From: Kiritimatiellia bacterium | GTDB taxonomy: Bacteria > Verrucomicrobiota > Kiritimatiellia > RFP12 > UBA1067 | Direction: 5' to 3' | NCBI GenBank assembly: GCA_045656225.1 | Contig: JAZOQU010000040.1 | Location: 4,697-68,696, forward strand | DNA: 64,000 bases | Part shown: positions 9,294 to 18,224 of the stretch, piece after piece | Layout of the letters: each line of letters starts with the position of its first letter | How positions within the stretch are numbered: position 1 is the stretch's first letter | Notes under the pieces: generated by a model | What the model was told of the DNA's origin: nothing | Database searches by the model: none | Seen by the model: the letters and a program-made list of their open reading frames with translations, nothing else | Translations under genes and position numbers: made by a program

Positions 9294-10655
9294 TCAGAAC
9301 TTGAATTCAATCTGCCAACGGATAAACCAGGCGGGACGATCGGTGATAAAGTAATCTCCCGGGCAAAAATGCTCGGCGTGAATATGACCGAAAATCTCAA
9401 ACCTCTCGCCCTTCGACTTATCGGCGAGCATGATCGGAAAATTATAATGTAAGCCGTTTAAATAGCCTTTATAGTGGCCCTTACCGCCGCCAAGACCGTC
9501 ATTCACAGCGGCGAACATCGGTCCCGAAGTCAAAGTAATATTATGCTTCGCGCCAAATTCTATACCCGCCTCGGCCTTAGCGTAATAAAGATTGCTCCAC
9601 CAGCATGTTCCGTAGTGCGTTCCACCGAGGAATATCTCGGAATAACGGACGGAGCGCGACCACATCGGATCCCAGGCTCCGCTTCCGCCCTCGGTCTCGG
9701 CAGTATCCTTAGAACCGCTCAACATCAAAAGTCCAGCCGATGCGAAAGGCTTAATTTCACTTTCCGAAGCGTCCTTCCAGTTAACGCCGGCGTACGACAT
9801 CCAACCGTAAAGCGACTTACCCGCGCCGTTTTCGCCTACCTGACCAGCCGCCTCGAACTGAAGCGACCACTCGTCATCAAGACGCGGCATTAGTTTAAGT
9901 CCGAAGGTTTCACGCCTATTAGAAGGTATCTTCCGACCGCCGCGATGATACGAAGCGACGTTCTTATGAATCGCATAAAGCTGATACGGAAGATCCTCGC
10001 TGAAATCTGACGACCACACCGCTCCGAAGCCCCACTCGTCGCGCTCAGGCTCCGCACCCGAACCGCCAAGTCCCATGAGAGAGCGATGATCGCTAAGTCC
10101 GTTGCCCCACCGGAGATGATTGTCGTCGTGCTGATAAAGGCCGAACACGTCAAGTTTAGACTCCTTGGTAAAATTAAGGGTAAAGCGGATCATATCGGCG
10201 AAAAGCGAGCGCGAACCGTCGTTCGGCGTCCCGTCCTGAAATATCTGCTCGAGCCCGTAAAGGCGCATTATATCCTGCCTGCCGACGGTAAAGTCGAGAA
10301 ACCCGTCAAAATAGCCCTTACCTTCAATAAAAAGGTTATCGAGAAAAACCTCGTCGGGGAATCGCGAAGAGCGCGTCTTAGGGCGGATATTCCAACGGAA
10401 CTCGTCGGTAAAGCGCGTGTAGATTCTAAGGCGCTCTTCAAGCTTTATTTCGCCCCATGCGCGGACGCGGTAACGCATACGGTTCGTATACTTACCGTAG
10501 GGAGATTGACTCGCGAGCCCCCCGCCGGGAAGCCCGGGGACGTTGTCGAAAATCTCCTGTCGTACACGCAAATCGGCACCCGCGTTGAATTCAATCTCAG
10601 CGGATGCCGTGAAGGCGGCCAAAGCCGCCACTGCAGAAACTAAAGCCCTTCTCAT
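9294..10655 (-). CDS. Outer-membrane beta-barrel protein (porin/alginate-export-like)
   Basis: Signal peptide MRRALVSAVAALAAFTASA, alternating amphipathic strands, C-terminal beta-signal ...WQIEFKF. Confidence 0.55.
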   Translation of the reverse strand: MRRALVSAVAALAAFTASAEIEFNAGADLRVRQEIFDNVPGLPGGGLASQSPYGKYTNRMRYRVRAWGEIKLEERLRIYTRFTDEFRWNIRPKTRSSRFPDEVFLDNLFIEGKGYFDGFLDFTVGRQDIMRLYGLEQIFQDGTPNDGSRSLFADMIRFTLNFTKESKLDVFGLYQHDDNHLRWGNGLSDHRSLMGLGGSGAEPERDEWGFGAVWSSDFSEDLPYQLYAIHKNVASYHRGGRKIPSNRRETFGLKLMPRLDDEWSLQFEAAGQVGENGAGKSLYGWMSYAGVNWKDASESEIKPFASAGLLMLSGSKDTAETEGGSGAWDPMWSRSVRYSEIFLGGTHYGTCWWSNLYYAKAEAGIEFGAKHNITLTSGPMFAAVNDGLGGGKGHYKGYLNGLHYNFPIMLADKSKGERFEIFGHIHAEHFCPGDYFITDRPAWFIRWQIEFKF

Positions 10656-11932
10656 TTTACAGGCTCAAGCTTTTCAAGCCCGTTCATGTAAGGACGAAGA
10701 GCCTCGGGGATCGTAATCGAGCCGTCGGCGTTCTGGCACTGCTCCATGAGAGCCACCATCAGACGCGGAAGCGCGACGCCCGAACCGTTAAGCGTATGAA
10801 CGAGCTTCGTCTTGCCGTCGGTGTCGCGGAAGCGGCAGTTAAGGCGACGCGCCTGGTAATCCGTAAAGCACGAGCACGACGAAACTTCGAGCCACTGTTT
10901 CTCGCCGGGAGCCCAAAGCTCGAGGTCGTAGCACTTCGCGGCCGAAAAGCCCATATCGCCAGAGCAGAGCTGAAGAATGCGGTAATGAAGACCGAGACCC
11001 CTCAAAATCGACTCGGCCTCGTCTACAAGAATCTCGAGCTGCTCGAAGCTCTTGTCGGGATGGACGAAGTTCACCATCTCGACCTTGTCGAACTGATGGA
11101 CGCGGAGCATACCGCGCGTCATCTTACCGGCGCTGCCCGCTTCGCGGCGGAAGCAGGGCGTGTAAGCCGTGAGCTTAACGGGAAGATCCTTGGCCTGAAG
11201 GATGTCGTCGCGATAAAAGTTCGTAACGGGAACTTCAGCCGTAGGGATGAGCCAGAAGTCGTCGATCTGGCAGTGATAAAGATCTTCGGCGAACTTCGGG
11301 AGCTGGCCCGTGCCGGTCATCGAGGCCGAATTGACCACGAAAGGAGGAAGCATTTCCGTATAGCCCTGAGTCTGGCAGTGGACATCGAGCATATACTGGA
11401 TAAGAGCGCGCTGAAGCTTAGCGCCCTGACCCAAAAGAATCGGAAAGCCCGTACCCGTAAGCTTAACGCCGCGCGGGAAATCAAAGAAACCGAGCTTCTC
11501 GCCGATAGTGATATGATCGAGAATCGTGTAGTCGGGATCCTTCCACTCGCCGACGGTCTTTACGCAGACGTTGGCGGAGCTGTCCATGCCGGTGGGGATT
11601 TCGTCGGCGGGGATATTGGGAATCATAAGCAACGTGTCGCGAAGATCGGTCTCGACCTGAGCAAGCTCGCGGTCGATCTCGGCGATGCGGTCTCCGACCT
11701 TGCGCATCTCCTCCTTGGCTGCGGCGATATCACCGCCCTCCTTGGCGATCTTGCCGATTTCCTTCGACGCGGCGTTACGCTTGGCCTTCAAAGTCTCGGT
11801 CTCTGCGACGAGCGCGCGGCGCTTCTCATCGAGGTCTCTAGCCTTCTCCAGAACGTCCTTCTCGACTCCGCGACGGGCGAGCTTGGCGGCCGTTGAATCA
11901 AAATCTTCTCTGAGCTTCTTAATATCGATCAT
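10652..11932 (-). CDS. serS: Seryl-tRNA synthetase
   Basis: N-terminal coiled-coil arm, class II motifs FRREAGSAGKMTRGMLRVHQF and GSGVALPR, 426 aa. Confidence 0.95.
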   Translation of the reverse strand: MIDIKKLREDFDSTAAKLARRGVEKDVLEKARDLDEKRRALVAETETLKAKRNAASKEIGKIAKEGGDIAAAKEEMRKVGDRIAEIDRELAQVETDLRDTLLMIPNIPADEIPTGMDSSANVCVKTVGEWKDPDYTILDHITIGEKLGFFDFPRGVKLTGTGFPILLGQGAKLQRALIQYMLDVHCQTQGYTEMLPPFVVNSASMTGTGQLPKFAEDLYHCQIDDFWLIPTAEVPVTNFYRDDILQAKDLPVKLTAYTPCFRREAGSAGKMTRGMLRVHQFDKVEMVNFVHPDKSFEQLEILVDEAESILRGLGLHYRILQLCSGDMGFSAAKCYDLELWAPGEKQWLEVSSCSCFTDYQARRLNCRFRDTDGKTKLVHTLNGSGVALPRLMVALMEQCQNADGSITIPEALRPYMNGLEKLEPVK

Positions 11933-12009
11933 TGCTTTATCTCCAATTGATTATCTTATATTATATCATTTTTTACACCTTCCGGCGCTGTCAATATCAT
12001 CCCCGTCTT

Positions 12010-13566
12010 TTATCTGTCCAAAAAACATCCTCCGCGATCACCTGTGAATTTTCCATTTCTGTACGGCACGGAACCGTTCACGACAACGCATTCCACTCCT
12101 GAAGAAAATCTGTGCGGTGAATCATAGGACGCGCTCGCGTTAAATTCTTTTTCATCCCAAATCGCAATATCGGCAAAGGCGCCCTTTCTGATAACGCCCC
12201 GCGATTTTATCTGAAAGCGCTCTGCCGGCATCGAGGTCATTCGCCTAACCGCCTCTTCGAGCGAAAAACCGAGCGAACGGAGACGGCGGTAAAACTCAGG
12301 CATCGTCGCATACGCGCGCGGGTGCGGAAAGTCGGCGCCAAGCGGTCCCCATGGAGCGCGAAGCGACGCGTCAGAACCCGGCAGAATCCAACTCTTAGAA
12401 AGAATACGGTTAAGATTCTCTTCACTCATCGTAAAAAAGAACGCGCCTGTACGACAAAAATCTTTTTCGAGGATTGTACAAACTATTTCGCCCGGATTAT
12501 CCCCAAGCTCAGTTATACGTTTACCGCCACTAAACTTAGTCTCACCGCTCCACGTTCCGCCAATCATAACCTCCGACCAATCACGCTTAGACGCATTTAA
12601 TTCGTCGACAATTCTATTTCGCGTTGCCGGATCAGCGAGACGGGCGCATTCCGCTTTAGCGGCTCCTTCTTGAGCCCAATCAGGTAATACGACATCAAGG
12701 TCAGTGCCAGCGGCACAAAACGGATAACGGTCACTGCCAATAAGAAAGCCCTCTTCTATCGCAGATTCAATCTTATCTAAAACTCTATCTATCTTAGGCC
12801 AATTATTTTTACCGCTGGTTTTCAGGTGAGATATTTCGGCTCTGATACCAGTTTCTTTAGCGAGCGATATTACCTCCTCTATCGACTCTAAAATTTCATC
12901 CCCCTCGCTGCGCATGTGAGTTGAGTAATAAGCTCCCTTATTAGCCGCCGCGCGCGCAAGCTCTAAAACTTCTTCAGATGTTGCGTATTTACCTGGCTGA
13001 TATATCAGACCGGTTGAAAATCCGTAGCCGCCCTCATCTATCTCCCGCTCTAAAAGGCGCGTCATCTCTTTAATCTCTTCTTTACTCGCCGCGCGTCCAG
13101 AATACCCGACGACTGATGAGCGAAGAGTATTGTGACCTATAAACTGAACCGTATTTAAAGCGGGCTTATTCTCTTCTAAAACTTCACGATATTCCCGCAA
13201 TGAACGCCATGAAAGTTTTTCGCCGAGAAGCGAAGCCCAGTCGGACGAAAGACGCGCCTCGCCGTAACGCGGCGCGATCGATCCGCCGCATTGACCGTTT
13301 ATTTCCGTCGTGATGCCCTGAGTGATTTTAGACGGAGCGTCCGGTTCAAGGATGAGATAAGCGTCCGAATGGGCGTGACAGTCGATAAAACCCGGAGAGA
13401 CGATTTTACCTGCCGCATCCATAATCTCGACATCTCCGCAGGAAGATATCCCACCTGGGACAACACCGGCAATCCTGTCGCCCTCCACGAGAATATCGCC
13501 CGCAAACCCCGCACCGCCCGTACCGTCGATGACCGATCCGCCTTTTATAAGAATTCTCCGAAGCAT
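12010..13566 (-). CDS. N-acyl-D-amino-acid deacylase (D-aminoacylase) family amidohydrolase
   Basis: ILIKGGSVIDGTG...DILVEGDRIAGV, metal site PGFIDCHAHSD, typical ~520-aa length. Confidence 0.8.
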   Translation of the reverse strand: MLRRILIKGGSVIDGTGGAGFAGDILVEGDRIAGVVPGGISSCGDVEIMDAAGKIVSPGFIDCHAHSDAYLILEPDAPSKITQGITTEINGQCGGSIAPRYGEARLSSDWASLLGEKLSWRSLREYREVLEENKPALNTVQFIGHNTLRSSVVGYSGRAASKEEIKEMTRLLEREIDEGGYGFSTGLIYQPGKYATSEEVLELARAAANKGAYYSTHMRSEGDEILESIEEVISLAKETGIRAEISHLKTSGKNNWPKIDRVLDKIESAIEEGFLIGSDRYPFCAAGTDLDVVLPDWAQEGAAKAECARLADPATRNRIVDELNASKRDWSEVMIGGTWSGETKFSGGKRITELGDNPGEIVCTILEKDFCRTGAFFFTMSEENLNRILSKSWILPGSDASLRAPWGPLGADFPHPRAYATMPEFYRRLRSLGFSLEEAVRRMTSMPAERFQIKSRGVIRKGAFADIAIWDEKEFNASASYDSPHRFSSGVECVVVNGSVPYRNGKFTGDRGGCFLDR

Positions 13567-13573
13567 ACCGGTC

Positions 13574-14551
13574 TCAAAGTCCGTCCGTTTTTCTTACGCG
13601 TTCGGAAATGTATACGGCCCGCATAGAACAGCAGCCGAAAAGAATTATTTGCCAGCTTACCACGATCCACGCGAGAATGATCGGCAACAGGGCGAGCGAT
13701 CCGTAAAGCATCGATGAATTGGAAATTCCCACCTGTGCAACCGTGCAGATTTTAAGCCAGAATCCGAATCCAACCGATGTCATCAGACCGCTCCAGAATG
13801 CATGTCTGAAGCGGACTTCGCCTATCGGAAGAACCTTGAACATGAATGCGAAAGTCAAAGACGAGAAAATCAGCGTTACCGCTTTGCGAAGGACGGTCGA
13901 ATCGATCAACCACGCCAATGCGTCGGAAATCCAACGCGTCCAGTCCGTCGCCCCTGCCGTATTGACCACGATGTTCTTCAGCAGCTCAAGAACCGGAACC
14001 GAAACCGAAAGCCCGATCAGCAGAGGAAGCATCAGAAGCACGCCCAAATAAAGCAGGTAGCGTTTCCAGAACACCCGGGGCTTTCTGCGGTTCCATATTT
14101 CGTTGAAGCTGCGTTCTATAACTCCGATTGAACACATGGATGACCACAACAGCATGATAAAGCCGATCCATCCGATGGTTTCAAAATCTATCCTGTCAAG
14201 CGCATCAAACAGGTCCTTCTCCATATTTCTCGCCTCCGCCGCGAACGTTCTGGCCGTTCTGACCTTTTCGACAATAGTGGACTCATCGGCGAGGACACGC
14301 GTGGTTATGCTGTTTTCCGGCGCCTGCTCGAATTCTTCTATAAACATTTCAAACTGCCGATGTATTTTTTCGCGCGCCAAATCATGAACCCCGACCGCCT
14401 TTGCACCAAGCAGAAATATGCATAAAACCGGAACAACCGACAGAATTGAATAATAGGTGAGACTCGCCGCGTATATGGAACAGTTGCTCTTCACAAAAAT
14501 ATCGAGCGCCGTCTTTCCCCACTCGTACAGAGACTTAAAGCGTTTCTTCAT
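13574..14551 (-). CDS. YihY/BrkB family membrane protein
   Basis: AASLTYYSILSVVPVLCIFL signature and about six TM segments. Confidence 0.75.
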   Translation of the reverse strand: MKKRFKSLYEWGKTALDIFVKSNCSIYAASLTYYSILSVVPVLCIFLLGAKAVGVHDLAREKIHRQFEMFIEEFEQAPENSITTRVLADESTIVEKVRTARTFAAEARNMEKDLFDALDRIDFETIGWIGFIMLLWSSMCSIGVIERSFNEIWNRRKPRVFWKRYLLYLGVLLMLPLLIGLSVSVPVLELLKNIVVNTAGATDWTRWISDALAWLIDSTVLRKAVTLIFSSLTFAFMFKVLPIGEVRFRHAFWSGLMTSVGFGFWLKICTVAQVGISNSSMLYGSLALLPIILAWIVVSWQIILFGCCSMRAVYISERVRKTDGL

Positions 14552-14578
14552 ATTCTACCCCTTTCGCTGTCGGAACCG

Positions 14579-15445
14579 CTAAAGCAGAAAACCCGTCAGC
14601 CACCCTAAAACTGCACCGCATACATAAACGGCGATTAAAATCAAAATGTTTTCAAGCAGATTCCTGTTTGTTCTGAAGAGAACAAGAAGTCCCACGCCGC
14701 AACCGGTGAATGAGCTGGCCATCATCGCTCCGGAACTCATCGCTCCTTCCGCATACAGTCTGGCCGACGCGACCGACGCGGCGCAATTGGGAATAAGACC
14801 CAAAAGAGCGCCTATAAGCTCTCCCGCAACGGGAGTGTTGAGCTTCCACGATTCGAACGGCACATGACCGCACTTGTCATGACAGCAGTGACCCGAACCG
14901 AAATATTGGAGACAAAAATGAAGCGCCGCAGAAACGATAAGAATAAAAATGAATATTTCAAACGTATGGATCAGAGCGGGAACTATTATCCCTTTATGTT
15001 TATGGCAATGACACCGGCTGTGATTGCACAGGCTTTCAATGTCAACCTTCCGGCCTTTCTGACGGATGAAATAAACCACGCCGCCGACCGCCGATCCGAC
15101 CGCAATGGCCGCGATAACCTTCATCACGACTATCTTGACGATTATCGAAGCGGAAATCCCGGATGAAATAAGTACGGGAATCAGTTCATCGGATGTTGAA
15201 AGAAAAACGGCCAAGAGAGTCCCGACAGAAACGACTCCTCCGGCATAAAACGACGCCGTCATCGCGGATACGCCGCATTGAGGCACGGCGCCCAATAGGC
15301 CGCCCGCCAGAGGTCCTATAGAACGAGAGCGCTCGAGAAATCTCTCGAGCGCACCTCCCGCATGCGCTTCAACCGCCTCAAGAACCAGATAGGTCACAAA
15401 GAGGAACGGAAGAAGGAGCAGCGTTTCTTCGATAACGTGTATCAC
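14579..15445 (-). CDS. Cys/His-rich polytopic permease (putative heavy-metal exporter, ArsP_2-like)
   Basis: About 10 TM segments; loops CNHSRCHCHKHKG and GHCCHDKCGH. Start reassigned to GTG 15445, which overlaps the ferredoxin TGA (GTGA). Confidence 0.55.
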   Translation of the reverse strand: MIHVIEETLLLLPFLFVTYLVLEAVEAHAGGALERFLERSRSIGPLAGGLLGAVPQCGVSAMTASFYAGGVVSVGTLLAVFLSTSDELIPVLISSGISASIIVKIVVMKVIAAIAVGSAVGGVVYFIRQKGRKVDIESLCNHSRCHCHKHKGIIVPALIHTFEIFIFILIVSAALHFCLQYFGSGHCCHDKCGHVPFESWKLNTPVAGELIGALLGLIPNCAASVASARLYAEGAMSSGAMMASSFTGCGVGLLVLFRTNRNLLENILILIAVYVCGAVLGWLTGFLL

Positions 15446-15612
15446 GCCTGAGCAATAGCTTCGGCGGGGCAGGTACCCGCACAAGCACCGCAATCGAGGC
15501 ACTTCTCAGCATCGATCGTGTAGGGAGCACCTTCGGAAATCGCTTCCGCGGGGCACGAGTCCTTGCAGCATCCGCACGCAACGCACTTATCGGCGGCAAT
15601 AGTATAAGCCAT
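15442..15612 (-). CDS. 2x[4Fe-4S] ferredoxin (56 aa, absent from the ORF track)
   Basis: MAYTIAADKCVACGCCKDSCPAEAISEGAPYTIDAEKCLDCGACAGTCPAEAIAQA, i.e. two CxxCxxCxxxCP clusters; AGGAGG 8 nt upstream of the ATG. Confidence 0.85.
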   Translation of the reverse strand: MAYTIAADKCVACGCCKDSCPAEAISEGAPYTIDAEKCLDCGACAGTCPAEAIAQA

Positions 15613-15634
15613 TTTATTTTCCTCCTTGACTGTT

Positions 15635-15658
15635 GGTTATAACCGTTATATTATAGCA
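15635..15658 (-). promoter_or_regulatory. Extended -10 promoter (TGCTATAAT) plus palindrome GGTTATAACC upstream of the ferredoxin operon
   Basis: Minus-strand TGCTATAAT at 15650-15658; perfect 10-bp palindrome at 15635-15644 between the -10 and the RBS. Confidence 0.45.
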
Positions 15659-15707
15659 CTTCTACGCCGTTTTGTGGTAGAGTAATATTTTGAAATTCCG
15701 ATTTTCG

Positions 15708-15887
15708 TCAGAGAGTCGCAACGATCTCTTTTCTCTTCGCCTCGTACTCTATAGCCGAAATCAATCCCTGCTTATAAAGATGCTGAAGCGTTTTTAGTCT
15801 CTTCGTCGCATCGCCCGCATCGCCATATTCAAGATCTGCACGAGACTCTGATTCCTTTTCCGGCAGGTTTGTCCCTACACGGAAACA
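15708..15887 (-). pseudogene. SHOCT-domain-like 59-codon frame without a start codon, in frame behind the SDR TGA stop
   Basis: Translation ...DATKRLKTLQHLYKQGLISAIEYEAKRKEIVATL matches the SHOCT pattern; no in-frame ATG/GTG/TTG. Confidence 0.4.
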
Positions 15888-16649
15888 TCAGTCGGAGCCC
15901 TTCATCGCGAGCGAACGTCCGCCGTCTATGGCGTACGTCTGACCGGTAACGAAGCGTCCCTCGTCAGAGCACAGGAAAAGTACGACATTGGCGACATCGT
16001 CAGCGAGGCACTTCTCGTGAAGGAAGTTCGTTCCGTGAGTTATATTTTCTCCGGAATTGTCGTCGGGTCTTACCACAATGCCGGGAGCTACGGCGTTAAC
16101 CGTGATTTTGTTTTCTCCCAGTTCTTTAGCGAGCGAGCATATCATCGAGGAGACTCCGCCCTTGGCGGCGGCGTAATCAACGCACTTTTTAAGACCGCAC
16201 CTCGCGACTACCGACGAAAAGCAGATTATCCGGCCGCCCTTACCGGCCTTAATCATTTCGCGCGCTGCAGCGCGGCTCATCCAGATCGCTCCCATCAGAT
16301 TCACGCCGATGATGTTGTTTATGACGTCATCGCTCTGATCGACAAGGTGCGCCATTTTAGCGCGTGCGCTGCCGCCCGCGACATGAACCATGATATCTAT
16401 TCCGCCGAACCTCCTTACGCACTCTGCGACGGCGGCGTCGCAGCATTTCGAATCGCTGACGTCGCCCGCAAAAGCTTCAGCCTCACCGCCGGCCGCCCTG
16501 ATCGCATCGACCGTACGCTGCGCGATCTCCATCGTATAGTCGCATACGAAAACCTTAGCGCCCTCCGCTGCGAACCGTCTCGCGGAAGTGCCACCGATAT
16601 ACCCGCCGGCTCCCGTAAGAAGAGCAACTTTACCTTCAAAACGTTTCAT
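15888..16649 (-). CDS. SDR-family oxidoreductase
   Basis: TGAGGYIG Rossmann motif, catalytic YAAAK, NAVAPG; 1-nt TAATG overlap with the upstream MFS gene. Confidence 0.85.
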   Translation of the reverse strand: MKRFEGKVALLTGAGGYIGGTSARRFAAEGAKVFVCDYTMEIAQRTVDAIRAAGGEAEAFAGDVSDSKCCDAAVAECVRRFGGIDIMVHVAGGSARAKMAHLVDQSDDVINNIIGVNLMGAIWMSRAAAREMIKAGKGGRIICFSSVVARCGLKKCVDYAAAKGGVSSMICSLAKELGENKITVNAVAPGIVVRPDDNSGENITHGTNFLHEKCLADDVANVVLFLCSDEGRFVTGQTYAIDGGRSLAMKGSD

Positions 16650-17998
16650 TATTCTTTCATCCTTTCATAATCGCGTTTAAAGAAAAACACCCGTGCGGCA
16701 ATCAGCAGGAGGACTCCGACAATATAAAAACCGGCAAACGCCGCAATACTGAACTGTACAGCCAGATTATCCTTCATCCAGCCGGTAATCATCGAAGAAA
16801 AAGATCCGAGAAGAAATGAAACCGAAAACGCTATCGCGGCTCCCGCCGCATGATAACGCTGCGGAATCACCTCAAACAGCGCGGCGAAAAGATTCGAATC
16901 GTAAACCCCGCGAAACACGCCGAAAAGCGCCATCGCAATGCAGCAGACCGTAAAGTCGGAAGCGAACGCCATCAGGATAATGAACGGTATGGCGAAAAAC
17001 ATTCCGGCAAGCATCGTTTCAAGACGGACGCTCGGGCGAAATTTCGCAAAACGGTCTGAAACTCTGCTGCCGACCGCCACACCTGCGAATGCACCCGTAA
17101 AATGCCAAAGAAGCGCATTTAGAGGAACCCACTTGGGATCGATCTCCCCGGCGAATTTCTCTCCAAGAAGATCCGGCATCCAATTTCTGTAACTGCCGTC
17201 AACGGCAATGAACATCAAAAGCGAAAGAGCCGTTAAAAGCGCCGAGGGACGGCGGAAAAGAATGGTCGCGGCATCCACAAAAGAACGCTCCTTGACGGAT
17301 CCCTTCTGAACGCCTGACGGGTGTTTGTCGTTGAGCGTGAACACGAGAAGAACCGCAATCGCGAGCCCAGCCAATCCGAACACGCGAAACGGCAAACGCC
17401 ACGCTCCCGCTCCCATATCATCCATTCCGCCGAGATATCCCGAAATCGCAGAAAATGAGATTATGCCGAGATACAGAGCGCTTTGATAAATGGAAAACGC
17501 CGTAGCCCGCGTCTCGACATGATACTGGCTTATCAGGGAGGACGCCGAGGCGCCGACAAACGCCTGACCGGAAGATGTTATTATGCCGTATGAAAGAATA
17601 AATAATCCTATCCCGGATGCGAACGACGACAGAAATGTTCCTAACGAAAAAAGAACGACTCCTGTAATGACTATCCATTTTCGCCTGAGAAAATCTGCGG
17701 CAATACCCGAAAACGGCAGGCATATACCCATCACAACCCCAAACACGGTCGATATAGACCCTATCTGCGTATCATTTATTCCAATACTTAAAAAATCATT
17801 TCTGATCTGCGGAACTGTGGCCCCGAATATCTGGCGTGTTCCTTGAAGAAAAAGGTATGTAAGCCATAAAGCACCTAACAGTACCCATTTGTAGTAGTTT
17901 CTTTTTTTCATTACTGCTTTGTCAATAACCGCTTTTGTTAATATCGTCTGCATCAGTTTAATTATATTATTCCACATGAAATATGTCAATAACATCAT
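16649..17998 (-). CDS. MFS transporter (true start possibly at MKKRNYYKW)
   Basis: 12 predicted TM segments, loop FLRRKW between TM2 and TM3. Confidence 0.75.
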   Translation of the reverse strand: MMLLTYFMWNNIIKLMQTILTKAVIDKAVMKKRNYYKWVLLGALWLTYLFLQGTRQIFGATVPQIRNDFLSIGINDTQIGSISTVFGVVMGICLPFSGIAADFLRRKWIVITGVVLFSLGTFLSSFASGIGLFILSYGIITSSGQAFVGASASSLISQYHVETRATAFSIYQSALYLGIISFSAISGYLGGMDDMGAGAWRLPFRVFGLAGLAIAVLLVFTLNDKHPSGVQKGSVKERSFVDAATILFRRPSALLTALSLLMFIAVDGSYRNWMPDLLGEKFAGEIDPKWVPLNALLWHFTGAFAGVAVGSRVSDRFAKFRPSVRLETMLAGMFFAIPFIILMAFASDFTVCCIAMALFGVFRGVYDSNLFAALFEVIPQRYHAAGAAIAFSVSFLLGSFSSMITGWMKDNLAVQFSIAAFAGFYIVGVLLLIAARVFFFKRDYERMKE

Positions 17999-18224
17999 TC
18001 ACGATGATTACGCTCTTTATTTTAATATGTTGATAACTATTAGATAAATGTTAACATAAGAAGATAAAATTTCTATTGACTTAAATTATTTTTTAGCATT
18101 ATTGTCATTTATCACGGTTTTTTGCATATTTTATATAATTATCTATGTCGCATAAAATTAAGTAAATAAATGTTCACAAGATATCTCATATTTGCTATAA
18201 TTTAGCCAAAATATTATACCTTTT
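17999..18224. promoter_or_regulatory. AT-rich divergent intergenic region at the gene-strand switch; oriC candidate and mnmG promoter
   Basis: Very AT-rich 226 bp; perfect TGTTGATAA at 18028-18036 plus weaker boxes (TTATCACGG, TGTTCACAA). All CDS to the left are minus and those to the right are plus. Confidence 0.45.

Noticed and set aside
10796-11896. 366-aa plus-strand ORF
   Set aside because: It is entirely antisense to serS, whose class II synthetase motifs are clear. The translation is featureless and Arg/Leu/Ala-rich.
15888-15890. TGA recoding (alternative genetic code or selenocysteine) to explain the in-frame SHOCT extension
   Set aside because: Many unambiguous genes in the window terminate at TGA at the expected length (ferredoxin, maf, thiN, pyrK neighbours). 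I saw no SECIS-like hairpin directly after the codon. Only weak read-through or gene decay remain as options.
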